The position numbers and the translations under genes were made by a program. Shown piece by piece: positions 12,701 to 27,100 of a stretch of 64,000 bases of DNA. This DNA comes from Podarcis tiliguerta (lineage: Eukaryota), in the NCBI GenBank assembly GCA_965153285.1, contig OZ229114.1; one strand, given 5' to 3'. The notes beneath the pieces are model-generated. The model saw only the letters and a program-made list of their open reading frames with translations. It made no database searches and had not been told where the DNA came from. Position 1 is the stretch's first letter. The number at the start of each line of letters is the position of its first letter.

Positions 12701-15700
12701 GGAAATGATTTAATGATTCAAGCACAGCCAATGCAGAGTTGCAACAGTAGTATCTGGCCTAGAGGTCTGGTGGGAAGGAGGCAAGACCTGAAGCGTAGTT
12801 TATGCAGAACCGCAATGGTGATTATGGGTTCACAGGAATGCTAAAGATATTTATTTTATTACTTGTTGCATATTAACTGTTCTCAAAGCTCCCAAGCTGA
12901 GACAGACCAAAACAAAGATGAATTATTTTGTGTGCTAAATAATGTGTTTTGTTTTTTTAAATCAAAAGCTTTAATGTGCAGTTCTAAAATTGTTTTGGAC
13001 ATTTGAAGGGAGAGGAGAATGAAGCCCTGTTCATTTATTTCCCTCCATATGACTGTATGTGGAGCTGGATCCACTGGCCTCATCGATATTGCCCAACATG
13101 CAGAGACAGCAGGGGATAAAACAACAGTGGGAGGCTAGAGCAGGGTTTCCCAAACTTGGGTCTGCAGCTGTTTTTGGACTACAATTCCCACCATTTCGGA
13201 TCACTTTTGCTTTTTTAGGATGCAGCTTGAAGTGCTGCAAAGGCTCAAGAAGTGATTCTTCCACAGAATATGGTGGGACACAAAATGCATGTGTACAGTA
13301 AGGGAATTATGGTTCTACAATACTAATTCCTGCTATCATACCAGTTTCTGTCAAATACAACAGTCCCACATTCTACTTCTTGGACAAATCTTATTAAAAA
13401 ATAAAAAACCTTCCTCCAAAATGAGATGCTCCTAGCACACACAAAAATAACTTTAGGGGTTAAATAAGGATAGTAGAGAGGGACGCGGGTGGCGCTGTGG
13501 GTTAAACCACAGAGACTAGGACTTGCCGATCAGAAGGTCAGCGGTTCGAATCCCTGCGACGGGGTGAGCTCCCGTTGCTCGGTCCCTGCTCCTGCCAACC
13601 TAGCAGTTCGAAAGCTCGTCAAAGTGCAAGTAGATAAGTAGGTACCGCTCCAGAGGGAAGGTAAACGGCGTTTCTGTGCGCTGCTCTGGTTCGCCAGAAG
13701 CAGCTTAGTCATGCTGGCCACATGACCCGGAAGCTGTACACCAGCTCCCTTGGCCAATAAAGCGAGATGAGCGCCACAACCCCAGAGTCGGTCACGACTG
13801 GACCTAATGGTCAGGGGTCCTTTACCTTTACCTAAGGATAGTAGAATGGTACCAAAGTTGTATAAAAGTGGACTTGTCCAGGTCAAACAAGGCACTCATC
13901 AGGATCATAAAGCTGAGGGACTGCTCCACTGAATAGACTGAAAGCTACTTCCCTTTGAGGAATGAATTAATCAAACAAACACCCATGTAGCCATACATGT
14001 GTGTAAGCATGTTTCAGTGCATATATTCCCTGTGCTGTGAAGCTCTATCACCAGAGATATGTTTGGTGTAGGAGTGTGGTGAAGGAGGAGAGTCATTAAC
14101 AGCTCTTGGATTATGTTTAAAACACTCTTGTGGCACTTTAACAGTAACAAATTAAGATGCTACAAGACTTTGTTGCTTGCGCTGCAACAGATTAACATGG
14201 TTGCTTCTCTGGAACGTGGACAATACTTTTCAGCCAGCAGAAAACCTGTGCACACTGTTGCACATCCATAATGCTGGATTGTAGCAATAAGTGGGAACCG
14301 ACAATCTCAGTTATTCCACTATAGCAGCCCCAAGCATGTCTAGAATGATAAAATGTTTTCTTGAATGACTCCGCTTAGAAAGATAAATTTTAAAGACAAA
14401 AATGCTTGCATACCTGAAAAATTCAAAGTTGAGACAAGCTTTGGGTAGGAAAAATTTGTCATCTTGCTTGAACCATAGCTTGCACATAGCAGTGTCCTGA
14501 GTTTAAGAAAACATACATTTTCTATTGTTATTATTAATTATTATTAAATTACAAACTGTATTTTTATCATTTAAATCTGTTTAAAGAATATAAACATACA
14601 GAGCCCAGGCCATCTGAGTTTGGGTGCAGTCCCACAGGGTTTAACAGAGCCCAAATTTCTCAACCCCACCCCAATTACACACAGTGATGCAGACCTATTC
14701 CCTACAATGTTCCCTCGTGCTGTCTAAACACATGCCTATATGCTAACATTTCTGAGATGAAGGGAGGACCTCTAAGCCCTGTGGGACTTTTGCAGGTATG
14801 AACACTAAATCCATACGCCATTTGTTTGCACCACTGCCAGGTAAGTCTGGAAAGAAGAGACAGCTATGGCAGGGTCTGGGCTTACCTGATACTGGGATGA
14901 GCCATTAGGAGTTCATCTCCAAACTCTGCAATTTGAACTCACTTCCACCACTATGTAAACTTAAAGGTTTATATATTTTGAATACGGGGCAAAAAGCCAA
15001 CTGGACAGGAGCTAGTCACCTCTTAAAATAAAGATCCAATTTTCATTCATTTTTACAATCTAGTCTTACAATACTGTTCATATTATAAGCAGCCTACTCA
15101 ATGACCTTAATCTTTTAAAAGCAATTCAGGAAATAATGGTACATATTCCCAAAATTCCACCCACAACTATTAAATACATATGCTTACCTTGATAAGAGTA
15201 GGGTACTGTGGTGCATCCTTCTCTAAAGGTACAATTTCAAAGTTAGTAGGGATAAATTCATTCTTCATTGGCAGCTTGAATTTCCCATTGAGGTCAGCAT
15301 TTTGCCATTTCTACATTCAATGTGCAAACAAGAGGATAGTTTTGTTATTATCCAGTAGGTGGGCTAAAAACAATTGTGCTGCAATTGTGCTGCTCTGTGA
15401 AGGATTATCGACCTCTGATGAATCATGCTTCTTCAAAATTAATGACAAAAAAACTAATTTTTCAAATTATTTAATCTGTATGATTCCTTGCAGTTCACAT
15501 AATACCATTTAAGTTTGCTTTTAACTATGTTCCATAAACACTTAGAACATAGTGCTGACTGAGAGCTAGAGTGCATGTTCTAACCACTGTGTAGAACTAC
15601 TAAGAAATGCTTTCTGCAATATGTATCCCCATGTGAGCAGCTGGTTTTCACTCTTAGCAATATGTGAAAATATTATACAAATCCTCCAAACACAGCTGCG

Positions 15701-16800
15701 TGTGTGATCATAGCTGTATGTTCAGCTAGGTGCTCTGCACATAGTTTCTCTCTCGCTAAAGCTTATCAATCAGGATTTTTTTGGGGGGTGCTTTAAGGGT
15801 CCAACATGTATAGTATTGGATGTACCACAAAGTGATGTTCAAGGATTTGGTTCACATTTTGAAGTGAAATTTTCCCCCCATAACACCAGTTGAAATTAAC
15901 TGACACCAATGTGACACACTTATACAAGCAACAGTATTAGTTGCTTTTGCAAACAACACAAAATAAACTTTATTGTAAGCAGTGGCGGAGCAAGCTGTTC
16001 GGGCGCCTGGGGCGGCGCGCGTGCCCTGTACCCAGGGCCACAGTCAGCCACCCGTTGGGGCGGGCCAGCCACCCACAGGGGTGGGGCAATTCAGGGCAGG
16101 ACGCTCCACGGGGCCTCTGAGGAGTCTGCCTGCCTCCTCCCACTCAGCCGCCCTACAGCTGAGGGGGAGGCGGACCATTTGGGGCAGTGTGGAGCCTGCG
16201 GGCGCTCAAGCCACTGCGTCACTGCCAGGAGAGACACATGCCTCGGGTGTGCTGCAGGCCCCGCAGTGAGTGCTGCCCAGCATTTTGTCACCCCCTTCGA
16301 TGGTGACACCCCGGGCTATCGCCCCCACTTCCTCCACCCCAATTGTTAGAAGTGTGAAAATACTGGTTACATATTCAGTTTACCACCAACTTTCTCACCA
16401 CACCTTAATGACTTCATCGGAAATTGCCTCTTGCTTGTACTGGGTTCCATACCATTTTTCTGTTCTATCAGTTTTTCCTTCAAAAGACTTAGAAACTATT
16501 GCAACCCTAAAAAATAAAACCAAAACATAGTAAGTAAGCAAGCATATTACCTCCCCTGCCCCCCAAAATGCTATTCAAATAATTCTGCTTGGTCACCAAG
16601 TTCAAAGATTCTGTTATTAATACTGTAAATTCTATATGTCCTATTCTATTTTTGCATTAAATCCTCCTGTCAGTAAAACAAAAAGCAACATTTATCCATA
16701 TCAAAATGGCTTTGTTAAACAACCCCTGGTTATTTTTAAAAATATATATGTATTATATTTTGCCAGAAAAGATATAATATATATATATATATACACACAC

Positions 16801-16833
<33 letters not shown>

Positions 16834-19800
16834 CGCTTATACACTGAACCTGCATATAAGAGGATATATTTTACAGGATTTAATATATTAAGCTCAGTTT
16901 GCTTTTTGCAGCTATGCAAAATTTCACTAAAAATTTCACTAAAATTTCACTAAAATAAAAGATTTCTAACTCTCATTTTAAAAAAGACATTAACAGAATA
17001 TTTGAAAAAATTCCCAGCAATTAAGGGCATATATAACACACCCAAGGTGCTCCTAAATTCATTTTCTACCATTTCTAAACAGAAATTTGAAGCAAAGGAA
17101 AAGACCATACAAATGTCATCCATGGGTAAAACTACAACATACTTTCGTGATCATGCTCTCTGCAACATTTTAACAACTGTTTCCAATTAGTTTTAACAGT
17201 TTTCTAGATTTCAAATGGTCTAGAATTTTAAAGAAATGCTTTGGGGGGGGGGTAAGTAAGGAGAAATAATGCAGAATAGCAAGAGTAATTAGCATCTCTT
17301 TGGCCAATTATATGCGAGAGAAAACATTTACTATCAACCCTGTTCTAGCACCTCAGAGCCAACTCGTAGTTAATTAGAAAACTATAGGATAGTTGGATAT
17401 ATGGAACACTTAATCAATCTGAACATTTAGTACAAACAAAACCTTAAAAACAAAGGATAGGGCTGAATCAGAGACAGAAATAACTAGCAATTTTTCATTT
17501 TAACCTTGTCCTTGGCTGCCAAATAATATCTCAAGATGGAAGATTCTGTGCTGTAAATGAAGCACCCCACTCAGCCTTCTTTCACACTATGTATGAATAC
17601 AAGGCACAATACAATAGTATGAGGGAAGCTTTATTTCCCTTTGAAATTAGTTACTATGGTAACAATTCTGTCACTGGCAATGAGCGAACACTGCTTATCT
17701 CAGTATTTCTAGGATACACTGGCAGAGAACCATGGCTTCAGCAAAAAAATAAAAGTCAATTATGTACACCAAGTATGAAAGTCTATCGTATTGAAAATAG
17801 CAGGAAGAGTTTACCTGCCACTAATAAAAACCTCTGTTGCCAGTGGACAACTGTGTTTCCACTCTGCTGCAACAACCTTGTTTTACAAATCATATGACAA
17901 ATACAGAGCAAGTCAATGCATTATTATGAATTAAGCAGCAGTCAGGGGTGTCTGCTAACATGGTCCCTGTATGTGGACCAAGTGCAAAATTGGGGTGAGC
18001 ATACAATCACAGGTAAAAACCATGATGAACCACTGTGATTCTCAAGAAGAGCTGCACAAAGAAGACTGTTTTCCTTAAGTAGAAGCATTGGGCTCAGTCC
18101 AGTTAATCCTACAAGCACAAGTTCCCCCTCAGTCCCTATTCTGCAGCAACCATCGTCTTTACAGTTTCCCAAATAATCAATTTGTGTCATCTACACCCCT
18201 CAGCCTGCCACAACTAGAATCAGATACCTAATTCAAATCACATTTTCAGATTCTGATTTCAAGGGCAAGCACTGACCAGTTTGCCAATGTGGCAAACTAT
18301 AGTTACAATAAATAGAAAACAGAAAGAAAAGCATCGCGCTAGAGGGGAAGAGCATGCCTGCTGTTCCTTTCGATGCTTCACCTACTGAGCCCTAGTGTGA
18401 AAGCATCCAGAATAGTCAGTGACATGGGTGTGAAGTTTCAATGAAGTCTAGCAACATCGTATGATAATTCAAAAGAACTGCACATTAGTTACGTAAATAT
18501 GACAAAGGGTTCTATCAGTTCTTAAAATTATTATGCAGTGTTCTTCCCTTCTTCCATGCTGTGCTAAATATTTTTCTTTGTATAGAATAGGAAAACTTAA
18601 ATATTTAATTCAAGGAGTTTTGCACGTGTAAAGTTATTTTGGATTTAAAAGTACAATCTACAATCCATTATCAGTTTTAACCTGCAAAATATTTCCAACT
18701 CAATCTGTACAAAATATTGGATGTGGCAATATAGCTTACCGGACATTTTCAGGTCTTAACTTATCCAATACCATTTCTATTAAATCAGGCCTAAATTCTT
18801 CAAGTAAATATTCTGCAGCAAGAACTTCTTCTATAGGATAGTACTACAATAAAAATGTGATATTTTTAGTTTAAACCGAAGACATTATGCATAAAACTAA
18901 AGTGATATAGTTACTAAGATAGTTGGCTATCACTCTAAGTAACACTTGGAGTAGACTCACTGAAATCAATAGATCTTCTCAGAGTTATGACTAATGTTAG
19001 ATGTCACCCATAGTACAGAAAGAATCACTGTCATTTAAGTGCACAGCTAATAAAAAAAAAGCTACCTGTACTAAATTGTTGATATTATAAGGGATAAAAA
19101 GAAGCAAATGCTGACCCCTGGAGGATGTTTTCAAAGTGAATGGAAGCAACATAAACATGTTCATGTAGCAGTATCTAAAAAAACCCCTACTTTCACAAAT
19201 TCTAACAGAAAGCTATCTTCTCTCCCCCCCCCCCCAGCAAAAAGCAAAGAATTCAGTACTTATGAATTCATTCTGGAAATAAAAAAAGAGTGTAGAAGCA
19301 AAGATGTCTCCAAGGTTGTTTTGCAAACTGGAACCTTTGGTGAGTCTGCCTTCGATCTAAGTCACCAAGGCTCTTTAGATGTGAAGACACTAAAACCTAA
19401 CAGGTCTACAGATAAATAAGACAATACCATATGTTTAGGACCAGGCCCTAAGAACACCTGGTACAGGAAAGATCATTTAACCAGTAAGCATGCTTTTGCA
19501 TTGTAAAAGTCATACTGATTAATCAATATACAGGTAATCAGTTCAGTTATGCTTGGAAGGAAACAGTGCAAATTATTCAGCTATATCCAGCACCAGTCAG
19601 GGTCCCAGTCCACACTTGGTAACTAGTCTTTCCATGGAGATATTAAGTGAGGAGACAACTAGCTGTCGCTACCACTTTATAGTGTAATTGTGTGCCATAT
19701 CAACATCTTTTGGCCTGCAATACTCATCTTAGACAAAGTAATTTATCACTATACATGCAAAAAAAATTGTGCTTTACCCCAACCTAATGACATTGATGCC

Positions 19801-22800
19801 CAACTTTTGACACATTTCAGAAATGTTAAGAAATATTTCAGCATTAAATTCAGTCCAATTTCGTAACTTACGTGAAGAATCCCTGCAACTTTTGATGTAT
19901 AACCCCGGGGTCTTTCCTTATCTTTAAACCTGAAGGCTACAGCATTTAAATCCTAAAACAAGAAATAAAATTAAGTTATTCTGCAATGCCACTCTTCATA
20001 TTGTAAACGATCGGTAAGAATGGTATTTTTAAACGATAATGGGAAATGAAGCTTGGACATAAATTTTATTTGTTTTTTGAAGTTAGCAATCAATTGAATA
20101 AATGCACTGTGGTTTAATGAATGCAGGCAAACATAAGAGAATAAGTGAAAACCGCTTTAAGTTATTACAAAGCATTTGGGGCAAAGTAAACAATGTATGT
20201 AATAAATTGCATTCAAAAGCATTAGAAACTAATTGATTGCATTCAAGAACATTAGGAACTTAACTAAGCAGATTTAAAGAAAATGGAAGTTATAATAATT
20301 TTAATCTTTTATAAAATGAATAAGATTATGGATTATTAGATATAATATTATTTTAGGTTGGGCATCTGTTTGTTCATAAGTTCATAAATTAATTTTAAAA
20401 ACAAGAAAATTTAACAGACACAGTCTATTTCTAATTAAGGTATCTAAAATAAGAGAAGATCTGGTGTGAATCTCTAAAACTACTTGAAAGAAAACCCCAA
20501 ATATGTTGCAATTATCATACCTTACATTCTTGGAAAACCCACTCTTGAGGTCCTTCTGTACGTAGTTTTTGTATATACTGAAACATGTGCAAGATAATAT
20601 CTTCCACGTGTACTTTTAAGAAAAAGATAAAATATTGCATGCATAAGCAATTTCTCAGGGAAACACAAAGTGAACATTTTTAGTTTTCTTGTGGCCAAGA
20701 CTAAACATGCGCAAAAGAGATCTGCGATTACAATCTCCTGTACGCATGCACAAGGCTTTTAAAAAACGAATCAGCAGCCCCATGCATACACTTTGAAGAC
20801 TGGGATGTTTGAAACTGTTTTCTCCGATGCCCTTCCCCAATCTATTTGCTCCAGTGGGTGAGCCATTTAGGGCTGCTATTCTTTCCCCACTTAACTGAGA
20901 TTAAGTCCCATTGCATTCAGCAGGACTTACTGCTGAGCAGATATGGTTGGGACTGCATTGCTGACCATCAATCTTCTAGTTCAGCCCTTATACTTAAAAC
21001 TAACAGCTCAGTCTGACAGAGGATAAACTAATACAAAGTTGTACAAACCGAATGTATGCAGTAATCACACATTATTTTACTAATGTAAAAGAATACAGAG
21101 TATCAAGCAAACAACATGCACATGATACCTTTAGATGTACAAATAATTTCCAGAGAGATAAACTTGCTGATCAGTTATGAACTTAACAGTGGCCCAATTT
21201 GCACGTAACACAAAACCAAACCAAGGCTCAGTGTGAGCAACTAAAGATAGAAGATTGTGGCCAATTTGCTCCTCCTCTGATCCTGCTGCTGTTATGCTGC
21301 TGTGACCTTAGCATTATGTCCAAACATAATGGCTTAGCTTTATGTCTGAACCCAGGTTCATGTTTTATTTTCCCTGCACAAACTACGAATGGCAAAACCA
21401 TAGAACAAACCTTGCCCACAGCTCATGGCTTGTTTTGAGCAAAATAAAGCATAAGCCCAGGTTCAGATGTAATGCTAAGGCAAACCATGTAGTAGAAGTA
21501 GCACTAGAGGAAAAGCAAAATAGCCACTATCTTATCTCTGAGAACCCACATTTGCTTCCTTGTGCCAAGCCATAATTTGGCTTAGTTTTATATGCAATTA
21601 GGAATCCTCCAACTAGCTTCCTGATAATTTCAACAGAATTAGATGGGATAAGAACTTTCCTCATATTTGGGCGAACACTAGCAGTGTTCAGATGCAGGAA
21701 AATAATTTTCAGATCTGTAGAATTAAGAATGAGCACATAGGTCATTTGTTCAACCCTCTAAAAAACCCCACCTACAATCTTAAAATTACAAATGTTTTGG
21801 CAGTGAGATTGTTCTTAACTCTACATTTTTGCATGTGATGGGGAAGTTAGTTTGAAGCCAGTTCATTTGTCCCTGACCTAGCTAATATAGTATGGATTTC
21901 CATCAGATTATTTCTCTGGGAGATGTAAAAAAAGTCTACTTAGAGTAGCTCACTTAGATCAATGTGCTCCAAATCCAAACTCAACAGAATAAAAGAAGGG
22001 ATCCACTTACAAAGTCCTTCTTCTGTGAGGTCAACATTAATGATGAAAAACATGAAACCTCTAGCACCTTCTTTTTGTCCTCCAACCAGGGTATTTACCC
22101 AGCCTGTGAAATAGAATATATTTAAAACTCTCACACAATAGTTTATTTTTTCTTAGTTATGTTGTTCATGTACACACACAAAATTAGGAGGTACAGTGGT
22201 ACATCTATGAAATTAAATAAAAACTATGAAAGAACCAAATGACAGAAAGACACAAAATCTAAGTGCATTGGGGGCAATCCTTTGTAAAGATCTTCTGCAA
22301 CGAGCATCTTAGAATTCAGCAGATTCCCAATGCAGCTAGGCTATGTCAGCCCAAGTCCCCATCCCCAGCTCAGTTGGCGATATGCCTGTGCCCCCTTGCC
22401 ACTCCTGGTGGAGCTGGAGCTGGTGCAGGCCCCTAAAAGGGGTATTTTGAGGGCAAGGGGGACATATGCTACACATTGGTAAACATGCCCTGAGCATCAC
22501 AAACAGTCATCCTGTTGATGGAATACTGGCGAGGGGGGATATACTGCATACAAATGAGATCCCTTATAATCTTTCATATAAGAAGTACTGAGCCATTGAT
22601 AGGAAAAACCACAAAGAGCATCAGTAATATAATGCGGGATTGTTTGAAATATTACAACTGCAACTTGGATTTTGTTTACTTCACTCCTACTTTTCAGGGG
22701 CTGAGCTGTAGGGAAGCAATTGCCCCAAGGCTTCAATTTCAACTCACTGCACACCTTACCTTTAGCTTTGAGTTCTGATAGAAGACTTCCTGGACCTTCA

Positions 22801-24071
22801 TGACCAATAAGATGGCCAAGATAATGGCCAGGGTTTGATTTATAGTACTTCTGAAGATCTGGTATTGGAAATGTGACGTAAAGATTTCTAATGTCTTTGA
22901 TAGGTACCACTTGGTAAAGTTGCTGTGAAACGAACAAAAAAGCAAAATAAATCTGATTTAAACTGAATCCAGTATTTTGCCTTTACAAGGCTACTGTTCT
23001 TCTCAAATCCACCACCCACAGTTCATTACACATATGACCATTTCATGCTTAGGCCATAACATAAAATTAATATTGCTCAACTGCATTTTCTAGCAGAACA
23101 ATTAGTGAAGTTTCAGGAAGGGGCCAATTACACCTACACCCACACCTGTTCCAGCCAACATACATTTGTCTTGCTGTACAAGTAATTCTGATGTGTTATC
23201 ACGCTACTCAACTTATCACAGTAGTTTTCTAGTCTTGCTTAAATACACAACATAAAACTTATTTTAAAAGAAGGCACAATGCAATAAACCCACCCTGAGA
23301 TGTTCTTCCTGGAAAGGATGTTCAGGGAATTCTGGTAATGGAACGTTTTTGTTCTCTACTTCAGAAAACAGCTTCACTACCAAACTTGTTAGCTCATCTA
23401 AAGATTCTGTATGCATATATTTGGGAGGAAAATAAAGTTACACATGGTCAAAAGTTTCAGACGTTTTCCTTGATTGCTCCTTTTAGAGAAATGCTTGATA
23501 AGCATCTTCTTGAGAAAAGTCAGTATCTAAAATCTGAATGCATTTTACACATTCTTCAATATAAAAATTCTGTGCCCAGAATAAAACCTGTCTATGTACT
23601 GTTGATGCAGAACAGTGTATTCTGTGTACAGTAAGTATCTTCCTAAGGAATTAAAACTATGGAGTCTAGACTGGGAGGCAGAAAGCAGTGAGAATAAGAA
23701 AGATATGGAGATTGGAGCATGCTAGGAAATGAAGGTCACTGAAGCCTGCCCTCCATGTTCTGAGTTCCGGAACATCACTGCATGTTTATATTTTAAAATT
23801 CATCTATAAGAAAATACTAGGTCTAGAAACATATACATTATATAAAAACAGACATTTTCAGAATGACAAATTCTACAGCAGACACACAATCTTTTTCTTC
23901 TAACTACAAATCTGCAGAGTACATACATCCCTTCCTATATATTTTTTTTAAATCAACCTACAAATTAATAAGTGTAGATATTAGAAATGCTACAGATTTA
24001 AGGTAGACCTGTGGTTTAGTATTTGGAGAGTGGTTGCCTTCTTTACACACACACACACACACTCTCTCTCC

Positions 24072-24114
<43 letters not shown>

Positions 24115-27100
24115 AGTTAAGTTCCAATGCTAATCCATTGTAAATTGATTATATATTAAAAGCAGCTCCCAAAAAGTTTGGCATTCTTACCTCGTCCTAG
24201 AACACAAACAGCCATTAAATTTGATGAATAATAAGTGGAGTGAAACTTCAATAACTCTTGTCTTACATCTATTCCTTCTTGGTTTGGTCTAGTTTCCAAA
24301 GTGAATTTGCTTCCTACAGTACATAAATAAAAAGAAGGATGTGTTACAATAAGAGCCATGACTGGGTAAATGTGCTCAGATCTGTAAAAACTGTTAATCC
24401 CTGCAATCACAAGAGGCGATACTGCACATATCCCTCAAACAGATTACAGCATCTGGATTGTTTTATTTTACTACTACGTTTACACTCTCCATTTCCTCCA
24501 ATGAGCTCAGGTGGCATACATGGTTCTCCGCACCCCCTAACTTTATTCTCACAAAAACAAATGATGGGCATTGTGCATGCAGATCCTATTTATATTTCTA
24601 TCACATGATGGTACTTCTATCGAGTGCAAGATGTTTATCAAATTTCCTGCTTTCATGATTTCAGCAAGACCATTTGTGGCTCAGCTTGAATAGCTTGGAG
24701 TTAGGAGAATTGAAATCTGGAATTGTGTTCTCAAAGGATTGCTTCTACAAATCCTTTTTCTAAACTTTGATTTATTTTAACAGCTTTTATACACACATCG
24801 TACAGTATCCATCACTTATCTCTTTTCCTAAGACTTCCCAATCCATCTCTCTGTGACATTCTAGGGAAATCTTGATCTACTGCATATCCTGATATTTCAC
24901 CCATTATTAGTTCAAGTCTTCCTGTTTTGATGTTATCTGCTGCTCATATGTCAACTCCTACTTGTAGGTTAAATTGTGTATTTTACCCTCTAAAATAATC
25001 TCCAAAACACTTATCTTTATCTCATCCTTATTCCTTAGTTTCACAGTCATGGTTACTAATGCTATGTATTCTATCAATCTGTTTTGCCAAATTTCCATCG
25101 TGGGTATTTCTTCTTCTTTCCGTTTTTCCGCATATACTGTTCTAGCTGCAGCGGTTGTGTACAGAAAAATACTGAGTGCCTTTTTTGGAACTGGAATATC
25201 ATCACCTATTATCCCTAATAGAAAGGCCCCCGGTTTTTTGAGAAACGTGAGTTTTAGAATCTTATTTAATTCTGTGTGGACCATTTCCCAATACTCTCCA
25301 GCATATTTACATGGATCAGGGTTCCCTCCATCTCGTGGCACCTCCAGAATAAATTAGACCCTTTTTTATACATTTTCACTAATTTGCAAATCCTATTCTG
25401 ATATTCATAATATAAAGGTTGTGTAGAGCAGAAATACAGGTATGTTAATCATACAATTAGTGTTGTGCCTAACAACAAATGCAGTGTATATCCTCATAGT
25501 TCATGGACATGTTCAGGCCACCGTCAGATATAGTGTTATTGAGTCAACAAAGCATGGTTTGTTGGAGTAGAAATGAGCAGTTAGCTCAAGCGCTTCCTCC
25601 TCCCACCCTTGGCCTTAGATAAGACTTTCGGGATAATTAAAACAGTTTCCCCACGATACCTGACTTAGGAAACTGGTTTAAGTCAGGGTGGATGTCACTC
25701 ACTTGACATCATGTGGCAACTTCAAATGGGCTGCCTGCCAGTGTCTATCTCCCAGTTCTTATTAATCAATAATAATTTTCTAAATTACTTCACTTTTTTC
25801 TGGCAGTAAAAAAGGAAAATCAAGACTAGAGTTTCTAATTTCCAGTAAGCTGACTCTAACATTGCTGCTATGCAAAATAAAGCTAAAACACAGCATTCTG
25901 GGTTGATGAAATGCAGTTATGAAAACAAGCATAATGCAAGAAATCGTAAAATAAGTGAGGTGAAGATAATGTTCTAAAAATAATGAGAACAGGGATTTAA
26001 AGAATGATCAGCTCAATTCACAAATAGTAGTAATGAATATAGACAAGCACGAATAAGAAAAACCATTCAAGATACATAAACAAATGGTCTTATTCAATTT
26101 ATGATGAAAGCACAGTAGTTCAGGTCTCCGTACACTTTCATTGTGAATTACCACCCTTACAGAATAATTCAACATTGCACTTTCCTGATTGCTTGCCAGA
26201 CAGAATGATCCCCCCTCTCTTCTCCTCCCCATGCCCTGTTATCCTGACCCTCCAGAGCAGATCTGGGGGTTGTGGAGGGGGAGGAAAGCCCTGTTGCACT
26301 AATTGGAGTCCTTGCACTGGCTTCCGCTAGCACACTAGGTTAGTGGAATCTGACTCAACGTCTGCATTTCACATGGCAGAGTATCTGATGCTGCTATACC
26401 TCTTTAAGCTTCTGTTTTCTTTTTTTATTTTAAAGACTGCAACTACATTTGAAAATAAGAGTTTTTGAAATCATGTTTAAGACAAAAAGTGACCATTATC
26501 AGAAAGGGTTCTTGCTACCACCATTTTAAACCTAATACGTTCACCAGAGGTAATAACACTGTAATAAAAACGGACGGAATAAAACCGTAGGAGTGAGAGC
26601 TTGCATGCTGCTCTCACTTAACCAGACTTAAACCCTTAAATTCTCAGGAATTGCTTTGTTTTCTGGTTTAAGAAGCAGTGCTGGGAGAGGTTTCTTCCAC
26701 CAGTACAGCTATATAATACTTTTTCCACACTTATAAAGAAATATTTCTTCTAGTGTGGCAGCACTCACACTTTGAAACTCTCTACCCAAGTACTCTTTTA
26801 TGATCTGCTTAAAACATTTTTGTTTACGCAAGCCCATCCATGTAGATGTTGACATGCTTTAATCTCTCTTCAGTCTACTGTTAATTTTAATTATCTTTTA
26901 AATGTTTTTAATTACAGTATTTATTCTTAAACTGCTTTTTATTGGTAATTTTAATACTTCTTGTAAACCACTTATAGGCTTTGTAATTATCAACTGGTAT
27001 ATAAATTCTGTTAAATAAATGTGACACATTCTCAGTTGCTTTTAAAGGTGAATCAAATGCAGTAAACCACCATGTGTAAAGGCTACATCATCAAATAATT

